In this document: positions 17,578 through 29,824 of the stretch, one piece after another
Numbering within the stretch: the stretch's first letter is position 1
Layout: each line of letters starts with the position of its first letter
NCBI GenBank assembly: GCA_039028615.1
Contig: JBCCHT010000007.1
Coordinates: forward strand, 231,405-295,404
Reading direction: 5' to 3'
DNA length: 64,000 nt
DNA from: Myxococcota bacterium
Lineage (GTDB): Bacteria; Myxococcota_A; Polyangia; Nannocystales; Nannocystaceae
Position numbers and translations under genes: made by a program
The notes under the pieces: model-generated
What the model was told of the DNA's origin: nothing
Seen by the model: the letters and a program-made list of their open reading frames with translations, nothing else
The model's database searches: none

Positions 17578-18729
17578 CTACGGAGCGTCGCTGCAGCCCA
17601 GGCGCTCGCGGGCCGACTCGACGGCTCGCGCGTATCGGCCCCGCGGGAAGCGGGATGCATGGCGTGCCCAGTGGGCGCATGCGGCCGGAGCATCGTCGAG
17701 ATGACGACCCAAGATCTCGCCGAGCTCGTAGCTCAACACTTGGGCGGTTCGAGAGTCCCAACGACGCGACTGCTCGGCCCGCCGCAACACCGACGCCGCC
17801 CGAGCGTAGGCGCCTTCGGACCGCAGCCGAGCCACTTCGTCGATGATCAGCGCCGCCTCGTCCGTCGTGCCACGAACTTTGTTCTGCGGTCGCGCACGGG
17901 TGCGAGGCGACTCGCCCTCGGTGCGGCGACGCGAAGAACTCGAGCTCTCCGAGGCGCGCTCGGGCGCGTGCTCCGAGGGGGCCGCGTCTAAAGGCGGAGG
18001 AGGCGGTGTCGCGGCGTCGGGCGTGCCCACAGCCTCGCCGACCGCCACCGTCGGACCACGCGCCGCCACCGAGTTCACCGCCATCGCGCCCCAGGTGTGG
18101 CGCTGACCGGGCTCGATGTCGACGACCTCACCGTGCAGGGACGTGAACCGAATCTTGCCCTCGAACAGATCGACGAAGCCCCCATCGGGCCCTTGCTCGA
18201 TGGTGAAGCGCGTGCCGATGACGTCGATGGTGCCGTGGGAGACCTGAATCCGCACGGGCTCGGACCCCGCGGGTACGGGCTCGACGTCGAACAGAGTCTT
18301 GCCTTCCACCACCCGGATGCCGCCGTCCTTTTGCAGCACCACGCGCTCCCAGGTCTGCACCGTCAGCTGCGGCGCGACCAGGCGGCACGCACCATCGAGC
18401 ACGGTCTCGTCCTGCCGCCCTTGGTGATGACACCCCTCGCCTTCGACGGTGAACATGCCCAGCACGGGGTGCTCGGGAGCCTGGGCCTGCACGGCGATGG
18501 GTGCCCGCTGAAGGCCCAGGCCCACCACCACCAGCACCAAGGCCGCCCCGGCGGCGAAGGTCAGCGCCGGGAGCCAGCGGTAGCGAAAGCCTCGGACCGC
18601 GGCACGACGCTCGGCTTCTTTGCGCAGGCGCTCGGCCACCCGAACCCGGGCGCCGGGCGGCATGCCCCGCAGTCGCTGGCGGCGATCGAGCTCACGCAAG
18701 GGCGGAGCGAGGAGGGGTTCGTCAGGCAT
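17578..18729 (-). CDS. FecR-domain anti-sigma factor with C-terminal helical/TPR-like region
   Basis: One TM helix, then VVEGKTLFDV...IDVIGTRFTI...VDLFEGKI. Start overlaps the ECF stop. Confidence 0.85.
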   Translation of the reverse strand: MPDEPLLAPPLRELDRRQRLRGMPPGARVRVAERLRKEAERRAAVRGFRYRWLPALTFAAGAALVLVVVGLGLQRAPIAVQAQAPEHPVLGMFTVEGEGCHHQGRQDETVLDGACRLVAPQLTVQTWERVVLQKDGGIRVVEGKTLFDVEPVPAGSEPVRIQVSHGTIDVIGTRFTIEQGPDGGFVDLFEGKIRFTSLHGEVVDIEPGQRHTWGAMAVNSVAARGPTVAVGEAVGTPDAATPPPPPLDAAPSEHAPERASESSSSSRRRTEGESPRTRARPQNKVRGTTDEAALIIDEVARLRSEGAYARAASVLRRAEQSRRWDSRTAQVLSYELGEILGRHLDDAPAACAHWARHASRFPRGRYARAVESARERLGCSDAP

Positions 18730-19294
18730 CGCCGACCTCCCATCCCTGGGCCCGTACACGGGCCTCGGCCCGCTTCACGAGCTTGCAGACGTAGCCCTTG
18801 GAGTGACCGAGGATCCCCCCGATCTCGACCAAGGTCTTGCCGTCGATGTGGACCATGCAAAACGCGATGCGCTCTTTGGGCGGCAGGCGCTCGAGCACGG
18901 TGGAGGCCTGGTCGAGCCCCTCGCGCGCGGCGATGAGCCGCTCGGGGTCGACGGGCGGACGGACCTTCTCGCCCAGCAGCCAGCGCACGGGCGCGGCGTT
19001 GCGGACCCGCTGCCGTCGCAGCCGGTTGAGGCAGTAGTTGCTGGTGACGCGGTAGAACCACCCCTCGAGACCATCGCGCTCGTCGAGCCGATCGATGGCA
19101 TCGAACAGCCGCAGGAACACCTCTTGGGTGACGTCCTCGGCCCAGGCCGCGTTGCCGCTGCCGTAGCGCAGGGCGAGGCGATAGACCAAGTCGTGGTAGC
19201 GACGATACAGGGCGTCGACCTGCAGCGGCTCCGACTTGGGCACTTCGATCTCGCCCAGCTCGGACAGCGCCATGACGTCGCTGGTCTCGCTCAT
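18722..19294 (-). CDS. ECF sigma-70 factor
   Basis: LYRRY..LVYRLA, AEDVTQEVF, W.YRV..N.CLN and a sigma4 HTH. ATGA overlap with the upstream gene. Confidence 0.92.
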   Translation of the reverse strand: MSETSDVMALSELGEIEVPKSEPLQVDALYRRYHDLVYRLALRYGSGNAAWAEDVTQEVFLRLFDAIDRLDERDGLEGWFYRVTSNYCLNRLRRQRVRNAAPVRWLLGEKVRPPVDPERLIAAREGLDQASTVLERLPPKERIAFCMVHIDGKTLVEIGGILGHSKGYVCKLVKRAEARVRAQGWEVGDA

Positions 19295-20631
19295 TCGATC
19301 CTCCAGCCGTGGCTGATGCCGAACATGAAGCCGACCCGCCAGGCGGGGCGGCTCCACACGACGCGACTGTCTTCGAACGCCCCGACCCGATGATCCCAGG
19401 CCGTCGACGCGACGCCCGGATCGATGGTGACGAGCAGGCGGGTGCGCTTGCGAACGGTGAACGCGTAGGTCACGGGCAGCTCGGCGGCGAAGGCCATGTC
19501 ACTGCCCGTTCGATCGCCGGAGTTGAAGGCATGCAGGTCCGTCCCGATGAGCGCAGCGACGTCGATGTGCCCGCGCTCGCCCGCCTGGAACTCCCAGTCG
19601 GGGCCCACCGCGAGCCGGGTGTCGAGCACGGTGTACGCCGAAGCACCCGAGGGGGTCATGCTGACCGACAGCCGCGCCCCCGCGCCGTGGATCTTGCCCA
19701 TGCGCCAGCCCGCCTGGAACAGCGGGTCGACCTGGGCCCCCCGCAGGGCGACGCCCGCCCGGCTGATCAAGCGCATCTCGGCGCGCGGCGGGCCTTGCAT
19801 GGGCGCGAGCTCGAGGTCGTCTTCGACGACCGGCCGCAGCGGAGGCGGAGCCGCGAGGTCGGCCGCAGGGGGGCCGCCGACGGTGTCGAGATCGAGGCGA
19901 TCGGGCTCTTGGTCGGGCGCCCGCATGGCGTCGACGACCGACCGCGCCGCACCGCGGATCACCTCGGGTGAACCATCGCCGAGGTCGAGCACGAAGCTCG
20001 CGGGTGCGCAGTCTTCGGACGCGAGCCCCAAGCCCACCTCGGCCAGGGACCCCACCTGAGTGATGCAGGCCAAGGTATCCGACGGCGCCGGGTCGCGGGT
20101 CAGGGTGACGCCCGAGTGCAGGGTCACCACCGCCATCGCCTCGAGGAAGTCGTCGTGCCGCGAGCCTTCGACGAAGCGCAGGGCCAGGCCGGGCTCGGGT
20201 GACGCCACCGGCTCGCTCGGGTCGCAGGTCTGCTCGACCCCCATCAGCGCGCGGTGCAGAAGCTCGAGCCGCAGCACCGCCTCGGGGCCTTCCTCGACCA
20301 CGAAGCTGCGCTGGCCTCGGCCCACCGCGTCGACGACCAAGCCGCCTTCGGCCCTTCGCACGTGCACCACCCCGTGGGCCCCGCGCTCGTTGGCCGCGAC
20401 GTCGTAGCCTTCCTCGAGCAGCCGACGCACGAGCCAGCCCCGCAACGCGGTGAGCTGGGCCTGCTCGGCAGCATCGACGGTGGGCTCGAGGTGCACCTCG
20501 ACCGCGACCGTGGGTCGGGCGGCAAGCATGAGGCTGAGGGCAAGGGCAGACACGACGACAGCGTTGGGGCCGCGGATGCGGCGCTGGGCCCGTCTAGGTC
20601 TGTCACCCCCAGACCCCCTCCAGGTTTCCAA
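19291..20631 (-). CDS. Hypothetical secreted protein with a C-terminal beta-barrel-like region; true start probably near 20530-20560
   Basis: Hydrophobic signal-like segment and amphipathic C-terminal strands (WRVGFMFGISHGWRIE). Stop overlaps the ECF start. Confidence 0.7.
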   Translation of the reverse strand: METWRGSGGDRPRRAQRRIRGPNAVVVSALALSLMLAARPTVAVEVHLEPTVDAAEQAQLTALRGWLVRRLLEEGYDVAANERGAHGVVHVRRAEGGLVVDAVGRGQRSFVVEEGPEAVLRLELLHRALMGVEQTCDPSEPVASPEPGLALRFVEGSRHDDFLEAMAVVTLHSGVTLTRDPAPSDTLACITQVGSLAEVGLGLASEDCAPASFVLDLGDGSPEVIRGAARSVVDAMRAPDQEPDRLDLDTVGGPPAADLAAPPPLRPVVEDDLELAPMQGPPRAEMRLISRAGVALRGAQVDPLFQAGWRMGKIHGAGARLSVSMTPSGASAYTVLDTRLAVGPDWEFQAGERGHIDVAALIGTDLHAFNSGDRTGSDMAFAAELPVTYAFTVRKRTRLLVTIDPGVASTAWDHRVGAFEDSRVVWSRPAWRVGFMFGISHGWRIE

Positions 20632-20780
20632 GAGTCTGCGGATCGATCACGGCAAATCGCGCAAACGGCCACCAGTGGGCCCACAGGCGCTGTTTTCCGC
20701 GCTCGGGCGACGACCGCGCAGGCTCCGCCCGCGTCTGAATCGGCGGGCGTCCGGCCATCGACCCCGCGCCGCCGCACGGC

Positions 20781-21560
20781 TCACCAGGAGACTTCGAGGT
20801 GCCCCTCGCCGTCGGTCTGCCCGCACACGCCGGGCTCGGTCACCGCCTCGAGCTCGAGGCGAAGACACGACCCGTCCTTCACCAGGCGAGACCCGGGGCC
20901 CGCCGCATAGACCCGCCGCACCGTCGAGTCGCCGTGGATCGTGTGGCGGACCCACGCATCCTCGACGGCCATCGATCCGTCGGCGCCGGGCGGCCCGTGG
21001 CGAACCACGATCCGCAGCGACTGCTCCCCGGAGATGAAGCCGGCCTCGCGCAGGTTGCCGTCCTGGTTGGCCGAGGTGGAGGTCCGGTCGAAGCGACCGT
21101 CGATGGCCCCTTCGAAGACCGCGTCGTTGGAGCACGAACCGTCGTCGCCGAAAAACCCGGTGACGGTCAGCGTCCCCTCTCGCTTGGCGGACCGCTCGTC
21201 GAGGATCGCCTCGACGCCGCCCACGTCGAGCGAGCCCTCGCGAAAATCGAAGGACCCGTGGTTCACCCGACCGCAGTGCCACACGCCCTCGTCGGCGGCG
21301 CTCCGCGACAAGAACATGCTGCCCTCGAGATGGCGTCCCGTGCGAAAAAGCGAGATCCGACCGCCGCCGATGAGCTCGATGTAGTGCTCCGCGTTCGATC
21401 GGCCGCCCGCCTGGAGGCGCGACCGACCGGAGACGCTCTGCCCCGCCACCTCCCCCGAGACCACCACGAAGCCCCGCGGCGCCAGGGTGAGCCACGCGAT
21501 CCCGACGATGGCGGCGAGACCGAGGACCAAGAGGGCGACGTTGCGGAGCCGTGAGTTCAT
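20781..21560 (-). CDS. Hypothetical membrane-anchored protein
   Basis: N-terminal TM helix after MNSRLRN. Starts 7 nt after the aminopeptidase stop. Confidence 0.6.
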   Translation of the reverse strand: MNSRLRNVALLVLGLAAIVGIAWLTLAPRGFVVVSGEVAGQSVSGRSRLQAGGRSNAEHYIELIGGGRISLFRTGRHLEGSMFLSRSAADEGVWHCGRVNHGSFDFREGSLDVGGVEAILDERSAKREGTLTVTGFFGDDGSCSNDAVFEGAIDGRFDRTSTSANQDGNLREAGFISGEQSLRIVVRHGPPGADGSMAVEDAWVRHTIHGDSTVRRVYAAGPGSRLVKDGSCLRLELEAVTEPGVCGQTDGEGHLEVSW

Positions 21561-21567
21561 TTCTTTT

Positions 21568-23559
<1,992 letters not shown>

Positions 23560-23844
23560 ACACCCAGGTCAACCGACGTTCTAAGACATGTGATCTGAAG
23601 TGTGGCCTAGTGCCCCCAATCTATTCATCTGTCTACGATTGGAAATGTTAGAATTGCAGGAGCAGATCATTCGTAGGGAGATCTCTTAACCGTGCGCAAT
23701 TGCGCGTCCCAATCGCGTTTCATGATTTGTTGAGTATTTTCATGGGAAGCACCCCCACAAATATTTTCAGTGCGGAGCAAATTTTCACTTGAACTAAAAA
23801 GCGTAATCTAGCTTAATGGCCAGCGTCGAAGCGAGACGCCCGCC

Positions 23845-24624
23845 ATGACCGCCCTTCTCCGCCACGTCGCCGCCGTCGCTGCTCTTTCCACCACCGCCAT
23901 CCTCGGCAGTGGCTGTGACTTGCTCGAAGCCCTCGAGAACGAGGTCGATGGGACCACTTTGGTCCAGCTGATGGTCACCCATCACGCGACGCCCGAGGAC
24001 GGGCGCTTCCCCGATCTCTCCGACGGCGAGCTTCGTACCTTCGAGACCGACGAGGGCTGGACGGTCTTCTTGCAGGCGGCCTACGTCACCACCTCCCACG
24101 CGACTTTGGGCAACTGCAACGGCAGCACCGTCGAGTTCGACCCGTACTGGGGTCCGCTTCCCGAGAACATCGGGCACCAGGATCTCGACCTGTTCTCCTT
24201 CGCGGCGGCGGAGGTCGAGGGCGGCAACTACTGCGAGCTGAGCGTCGAGTACGGTCCCTTCGTCGCCACCCCGGAGGCCGCTGGCCGCACCGACATGGGC
24301 GAGCACAAGGCGGACGTCGAGGGCAACACGTACTTCTTCAAGGGCGTCGCGCAGAAGGGCGAGCAGGCGGTCGAATTCGAGCTTTCGAGCAACGCGACCA
24401 TCGACGTCGACCTCGACATGAGCCAGGTGATGAACGGCGGCCCGCTCCACGTTCGCGCGGACGAGGCCTTCCCCATCGACCTCACCCTCTCGAAGACCTA
24501 CGACCGCCTCTTCGACGGCATCGACTTCGAGACCGCGGAGGACGAGGACCTCGAAGGCAACATCATGGCCATGCTCGAGCTCGAGACCCGCATCGCGTTC
24601 GGCACCCGCGTTTCCGCCAACTGA
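23845..24624 (+). CDS. Hypothetical acidic lipoprotein
   Basis: Signal peptide with GSGC and strong GC3 codon bias. Confidence 0.75.
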   Translation: MTALLRHVAAVAALSTTAILGSGCDLLEALENEVDGTTLVQLMVTHHATPEDGRFPDLSDGELRTFETDEGWTVFLQAAYVTTSHATLGNCNGSTVEFDPYWGPLPENIGHQDLDLFSFAAAEVEGGNYCELSVEYGPFVATPEAAGRTDMGEHKADVEGNTYFFKGVAQKGEQAVEFELSSNATIDVDLDMSQVMNGGPLHVRADEAFPIDLTLSKTYDRLFDGIDFETAEDEDLEGNIMAMLELETRIAFGTRVSAN

Positions 24625-24710
24625 TCGGAAGCACCGTTCGCGGCCACCCGAGTGGCCTCCTTTGAATCGCCCTCGCCTCAGGCTTTCGCCCGAAGCGGGG
24701 GTGAGCCAGT

Positions 24711-26396
24711 ATGGGGCCGGTGCCCAATTGCGCCCATTGCGGGGCCGCGGTCGCGTCCGGGGTCCGTCAGTGCCCTGGGTGCGGCGTCACCCTCAGCGGG
24801 CGCGATCAAGCCACGCTCCCCGGCCCTGGGCACCACGCCGCCCCGGCCACGACCGACGCCATGATCGGGCGCTCGATCATCGGGCAGTTCGTGGTGCGAT
24901 CGAAGCTCGGCATGGGCGGCATGGGTGCCGTGTATCTCGCCGACCAGCCCAGCGTGGGGCGAACCGCGGTCATCAAGGTCATCCACCCGTGGCTATCCAA
25001 GGACCATGAGATCGCCGATCGCTTCGAGGCCGAGGCGCGAGCCATCGCGCGGCTCCAGAACCCGCACATCGTCTCCATCTACAACTACGGCAAGCTGCCC
25101 GACGGGACCCTCTTCCTCGCGATGGAGCACATCCAGGGCTCGACCCTGGCCGAGACGCTGCAGACCAAGGGTCGCATCGATGCTTCGCGCGCGGTGACCA
25201 TCGCCACCCAGTGCTGCGAGGCGCTGGGCCAGGCCCATCGCCGCGGGGTCGTGCACCGCGACGTGAAGCCCTCGAACATCATGCTCCAGGCGCGGCACCA
25301 GGGGCCGGGCTTCGTGAAGATGCTCGACTTCGGCGTCGCCACGCTCGACGAGCTCGACACGGCCAAGGGACACGGCCCGACGGGCACGCCCTGCTACATG
25401 TCTCCCGAGCAGCTGGGCGGCGGCGCGGTCGATGGTCGCAGCGACATCTACTCGCTCGCGATCGTGATCTACGAGATGGTGGTGGGTCAGCCGCCCTTCC
25501 TCGCGCCGACGCCCGAAGACTACGCTCGGCAGCATCGCGAGGTCCCGCCGCCGGCCCCGAGCGCGCTCGCCCCCGAGATCCAGATTCCCGCCCCGCTCGA
25601 GGCCTGCATCATGCGCGCGCTGGCCAAGGAGCCCCATGCTCGCCCGCAGACGGCGGAGCAGTTCGCCGACGCGCTGTGGGGCACGGTGATGGGCAGCACC
25701 GCCAACCATGCCGCCGACCCGGTGCTCTTTGCCCACGCCATCGCCAAGGCGCCGCGGCGCCGCCGACCCGCCCGTCGTCGGCTGGTGCTGGCCGCGGGGG
25801 GGGTGCTCACCGTGGCGGCCGCGGGCATCACCGCGGGGACCCTGATGCTCACCGACGACGACGCTCCGAGCCCGCCGCCCGTTGCCTCGGCTTCGACCGA
25901 GCCCGAGCCCGCCGCCGAAGCAAACACCCCGACCGCGGCCGATCCCCTGCTCACCGCCCTGCTCTCGCGCAGCGTGGCCGAGCTCGAAGCGGAGCTCGAG
26001 CGTGCCGCCATCCTCACCGGGCGGGACGCCGCGGCCCTGGGCAAGGCGATGACCGACTACCACGGACGCGCCCGTCGAGTCCCCGCGGGGCACGACCCAC
26101 CCGCCCATCGCCGACGGGTCCTGGCCGAGCTCATCGTGGGCTGGGCCCGCGCCCCGCAGCGCGCCGAATCCAAGGCTTCCATCGCGGAGCTCGAAGCAGT
26201 GTTCCTGCGCATGGAGAGCCCGCTCGACGTCAAGGAACGCCGCGACATGCTCCACGAGCTGAAGCTGCGCGACGGCATCCGCCCCGACGAAATTTCCACG
26301 CGCTTGCTCGAATGGATCGCGCAGCGCGGCCTCGACTACCAGACCGGAGAGCCCGGTGCCGAGCTGGTGGTCGAAGACGACCCCTCTACCCAGTGA
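24711..26396 (+). CDS. Ser/Thr protein kinase with an N-terminal zinc ribbon and one TM helix
   Basis: CAHC...CPGC, GMGGMGAVY, VIK, HRDVKPSN, DFG and YMSPEQ. Confidence 0.92.
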   Translation: MGPVPNCAHCGAAVASGVRQCPGCGVTLSGRDQATLPGPGHHAAPATTDAMIGRSIIGQFVVRSKLGMGGMGAVYLADQPSVGRTAVIKVIHPWLSKDHEIADRFEAEARAIARLQNPHIVSIYNYGKLPDGTLFLAMEHIQGSTLAETLQTKGRIDASRAVTIATQCCEALGQAHRRGVVHRDVKPSNIMLQARHQGPGFVKMLDFGVATLDELDTAKGHGPTGTPCYMSPEQLGGGAVDGRSDIYSLAIVIYEMVVGQPPFLAPTPEDYARQHREVPPPAPSALAPEIQIPAPLEACIMRALAKEPHARPQTAEQFADALWGTVMGSTANHAADPVLFAHAIAKAPRRRRPARRRLVLAAGGVLTVAAAGITAGTLMLTDDDAPSPPPVASASTEPEPAAEANTPTAADPLLTALLSRSVAELEAELERAAILTGRDAAALGKAMTDYHGRARRVPAGHDPPAHRRRVLAELIVGWARAPQRAESKASIAELEAVFLRMESPLDVKERRDMLHELKLRDGIRPDEISTRLLEWIAQRGLDYQTGEPGAELVVEDDPSTQ

Positions 26397-26406
26397 ACCC
26401 AACGCC

Positions 26407-28929
26407 ATGAACGACGCCGATTCCGCCAACAAGCCCACCGTCGTGGTCGAAGACGATCGCACGGGGATGTCGCCCGAGACCGTGCATCGGGCCGTGCTCG
26501 ACCACCTGCTGTACACGTGCATGAAGGCGCCCGACAACGCCACCACGCTCGACGTGTACAAGGCGGTCTCGCATGCCGTCCGCGACCGGTTGGTGCACCG
26601 CTGGCTCCGCACCCAGCGGCAGTACGCCGACAAGGACGCCAAGCGGGTCTACTACCTGTCGGCCGAGTTCCTCATGGGGCGCTTCCTCGGTCACAACCTC
26701 ATGAGCCTGGGGGCCTACCAGCTCGCCCGTGACCTGCTGAAGAACTACGGCGTCGAGCTGAGCGACATGCTCGAGCAAGAGCACGACCCCGGCCTCGGCA
26801 ACGGCGGCCTGGGACGGCTCGCCGCCTGCTTCCTCGATTCCATGGCCACCATGGGCCTGCCCGGCTACGGCTACGGCATCCGCTACGAGTTCGGGATCTT
26901 CATGCAGGAGATCCAAAACGGCGAGCAGATCGAGCGCGGCGACGCGTGGCTGAGCAAGGGCACGCCCTGGGAGATCCCCCGCCACGAGTACACCGTCACC
27001 GTGCCCATGTACGGCCGCGTCGAGGAGCGTCTCGACGAAGACGGTACCTTGCGGGTCAAGTGGGTCGAGACCGAGAAGGTGCTCGGCGTCCCCTACGACA
27101 CGCCCGTGGCCGGCTTCGGCAACGCCACCGTCAACACCCTGCGGCTATGGGCGGCGCGGGCCTCCAAGGAATTCCACTTCGAGGTCTTCAACGATGGCGA
27201 CTACCGCCGCGCCGTGGAGGACAAGTCGACCAGCGAGACCATCTCCAAGGTCCTGTATCCCAACGACGAGTCGCCCGAGGGCCGCGAGCTTCGACTCAAG
27301 CAGCAGTACTTCTTCGTGTGCTGCTCGATCTCCGACATCATTCGGCGCTATCGCAAGCACCACACCAACTTCGACGCATTCCCCGACAAGGCCGCCATTC
27401 AGCTCAACGACACCCACCCCGCCATCGCGGTGGCCGAGCTGATGCGCGTGCTCGTGGACCAGGAGCAGATGGGCTGGGACAAGGCGTGGGCGATCACCGA
27501 AAAGACCATCGCCTATACCAACCACACCCTGCTGCCCGAGGCGCTCGAGACCTGGCCGGTCAGCATGTTCGAGCGGCTGCTGCCGCGGCACCTGGGCATC
27601 ATCTACGAGATCAACCGTCGCTTCCTGCGGCAGGTCGAGATCCACTCCCCCGGCGACGGCGCTCGCCTGCAGCGGATGTCGATCGTCAGCGGCGACGAAA
27701 GCAACAAGCAGCTGCGCATGGCTCACCTCGCCGTGGTCGGCTCCCATAGCGTCAACGGCGTGGCCAAGCTGCACTCCGATCTGGTCAAGGCCCAGCTGCT
27801 GCCCGACTTCGCGGAGATGTGGCCCGACAAGTTCAACAACAAGACCAACGGGGTCACCCCGCGGCGCTGGATCATGCAGGCCAACCCGCGCCTCACCGAC
27901 GCCATCACGCGGCGCCTGGGCGACGGCTGGATCACCGATCTCGACCGCCTCGAGGGGCTCACCAAGCTGCGCGACGACGTCGACTTCCTGCGCATCCTGC
28001 AGACGATCAAGCGCCAGAACAAGCAAGACCTCGCCCGCCTGGTGCACGAGCGCGCCGGGGTGGAGATCGACGTCGACTCGCTCTTCGACGTGCACGTCAA
28101 GCGGCTCCACGAGTACAAGCGGCAGCTGCTCAACTGCGTGCACATCGTGGCCCTCTACCAGTCGCTCAAGGCCAGCCCCCACGACGAGCGCGTGCCCCGG
28201 ACCTTCATCTTCGGCGGCAAGGCAGCGCCGGGCTACGCGATGGCCAAGCTGCACATCAAGCTCATCAACGACGTCGCCGAGACGATCAACGCCGACCCGG
28301 CCATGAAGGGGCGCCTCAAGGTGGTGTTCCTGCCCAACTACGGCGTCTCGATGGCGGAGACGATCATCCCGGGCACCGACGTGTCCGAGCAGATCTCGAT
28401 GGCCGGCAAGGAAGCCTCGGGCACGGGCAACATGAAGTTCGCCATGAACGGGGCGCTGACGGTGGGCACCCTCGACGGGGCCAACATCGAGATCCGCGAC
28501 GCGGTGGGCGAGGACAACTTCTTCCTCTTCGGTCTCGATGCGCCCCAGGTGGTCGAGGCCAAGCGCCAGGGCTACCAGCCCTCGCGCTTCATCGAGCAGA
28601 GCGAGCGCCTGCGCGGGGCCCTGGAGCTGATCGGCTCCGGCTTCTTCAGCCCCGACGACAAGACCCGCTTCGAGTCCGTGGTCAACGGCCTGTGGCGCCA
28701 CGACCCGTACCTCGTGTGCGCCGACTTCGACAGCTACTGGGAGTGCCACGAGCGCGTCGACGCGGCCTACCGCGACCAGGACGACTGGACCCGCAAGGTG
28801 CTCGCCAACCTCGCCCACATGGGTCGGTTCTCGAGCGACCGCACCATCGGGCAGTACGCCGAGGAGATCTGGGGCGTCGAGCCCGTCCAAATCTCAATGG
28901 ACGACGACAACCCGGCCCAGCAGCGCTAG
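26407..28929 (+). CDS. glgP: Glycogen/alpha-glucan phosphorylase
   Basis: LGNGGLGRLAACF, IQLNDTHP, KRLHEYKRQ and EASGTGNMKF (PLP-binding Lys). Confidence 0.97.
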   Translation: MNDADSANKPTVVVEDDRTGMSPETVHRAVLDHLLYTCMKAPDNATTLDVYKAVSHAVRDRLVHRWLRTQRQYADKDAKRVYYLSAEFLMGRFLGHNLMSLGAYQLARDLLKNYGVELSDMLEQEHDPGLGNGGLGRLAACFLDSMATMGLPGYGYGIRYEFGIFMQEIQNGEQIERGDAWLSKGTPWEIPRHEYTVTVPMYGRVEERLDEDGTLRVKWVETEKVLGVPYDTPVAGFGNATVNTLRLWAARASKEFHFEVFNDGDYRRAVEDKSTSETISKVLYPNDESPEGRELRLKQQYFFVCCSISDIIRRYRKHHTNFDAFPDKAAIQLNDTHPAIAVAELMRVLVDQEQMGWDKAWAITEKTIAYTNHTLLPEALETWPVSMFERLLPRHLGIIYEINRRFLRQVEIHSPGDGARLQRMSIVSGDESNKQLRMAHLAVVGSHSVNGVAKLHSDLVKAQLLPDFAEMWPDKFNNKTNGVTPRRWIMQANPRLTDAITRRLGDGWITDLDRLEGLTKLRDDVDFLRILQTIKRQNKQDLARLVHERAGVEIDVDSLFDVHVKRLHEYKRQLLNCVHIVALYQSLKASPHDERVPRTFIFGGKAAPGYAMAKLHIKLINDVAETINADPAMKGRLKVVFLPNYGVSMAETIIPGTDVSEQISMAGKEASGTGNMKFAMNGALTVGTLDGANIEIRDAVGEDNFFLFGLDAPQVVEAKRQGYQPSRFIEQSERLRGALELIGSGFFSPDDKTRFESVVNGLWRHDPYLVCADFDSYWECHERVDAAYRDQDDWTRKVLANLAHMGRFSSDRTIGQYAEEIWGVEPVQISMDDDNPAQQR

Positions 28930-29663
28930 CCGGCCCCACGAACGCGGATGCTCATGCTCCACGCGGAGACGCGGAACTTCATGGGCATCCGCGAGGGCTG
29001 CAGGCGCATCAGCAGCGCCGGCCCCCGGTCGATCACCTCGTAGCGGTCGTCGAGCACGACCATCACCTCCTCTTCGGTGACGCCGACGGGGGTGATGCCC
29101 GCCTCGAGCACGGTGGACAGGGCCGGCATCACGCCCAGCCGCAGCAGCGGCCCGAGCAATCGCTCTTCGCCGTCCCGTAGCTCGAGCAGGTGCAGCAGGC
29201 CGCGCTCGCCGGTCAGGGTCAGCGCGTTGCGGATGAAGGTGCCTCGCTCGTCGGGCGCGAGCTCGTGGAGGACGGCGCGGATATACACGTTGCAGTCGCC
29301 GAGCTCCGCGTGCAGGGACTGCATGTCCGCGGCGCGCAGGCCATCGGCCACCCGGAACTCGAGGTTGCTGCGCGCGTACTCCCGTCGCGCTCGCTCGACG
29401 GCGGCGCTGGCGACGTCGATGCCGATCACCTGCGGTACGCGCTCGGCCACGTAGGCCGTCTGTCGCCCGTGACCGCAACCCAGGTGCACCAGGGGCAAGC
29501 CGGGCGTCAGCGTCTCCGACCACGCGGACCAGTCGAGCGCCACGCCTTCCTCGGCGGGCACGTCCCACACGATCGCCGCATCGCGCTCATTGATCGTGTT
29601 CCAATAGCGGTTCCAACGCTGGGCGTAGTCCGGGGCATCGACCATGGGGACAGCTGCCGTCAT
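28926..29663 (-). CDS. Class I SAM-dependent methyltransferase
   Basis: LVHLGCGHG motif I, VIGIDV and NVYIRAVLH. Confidence 0.8.
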   Translation of the reverse strand: MTAAVPMVDAPDYAQRWNRYWNTINERDAAIVWDVPAEEGVALDWSAWSETLTPGLPLVHLGCGHGRQTAYVAERVPQVIGIDVASAAVERARREYARSNLEFRVADGLRAADMQSLHAELGDCNVYIRAVLHELAPDERGTFIRNALTLTGERGLLHLLELRDGEERLLGPLLRLGVMPALSTVLEAGITPVGVTEEEVMVVLDDRYEVIDRGPALLMRLQPSRMPMKFRVSAWSMSIRVRGAG

Positions 29664-29824
29664 CGTCCCTCGGTTGGGCGACCGTCGCCATCACAATCGA
29701 TTGCACACTCGGCCTCGTACCTCGCACGAAGGCCCGACAAACGCCGCGGCATCGGCCTGTAGGCCGCCTTATCGACCCGTCCCGCGGTGACCCAGCGGGC
29801 CCGATCGCGGGCCTGCTATGATAC

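Noticed and set aside
17356..17580. In-frame UAG between fecR and the next ORF, suggesting stop-codon readthrough
   Set aside because: The ORF caller simply took the first TTG after the stop. The intervening peptide looks non-coding and the downstream gene has its own lipoprotein signal.
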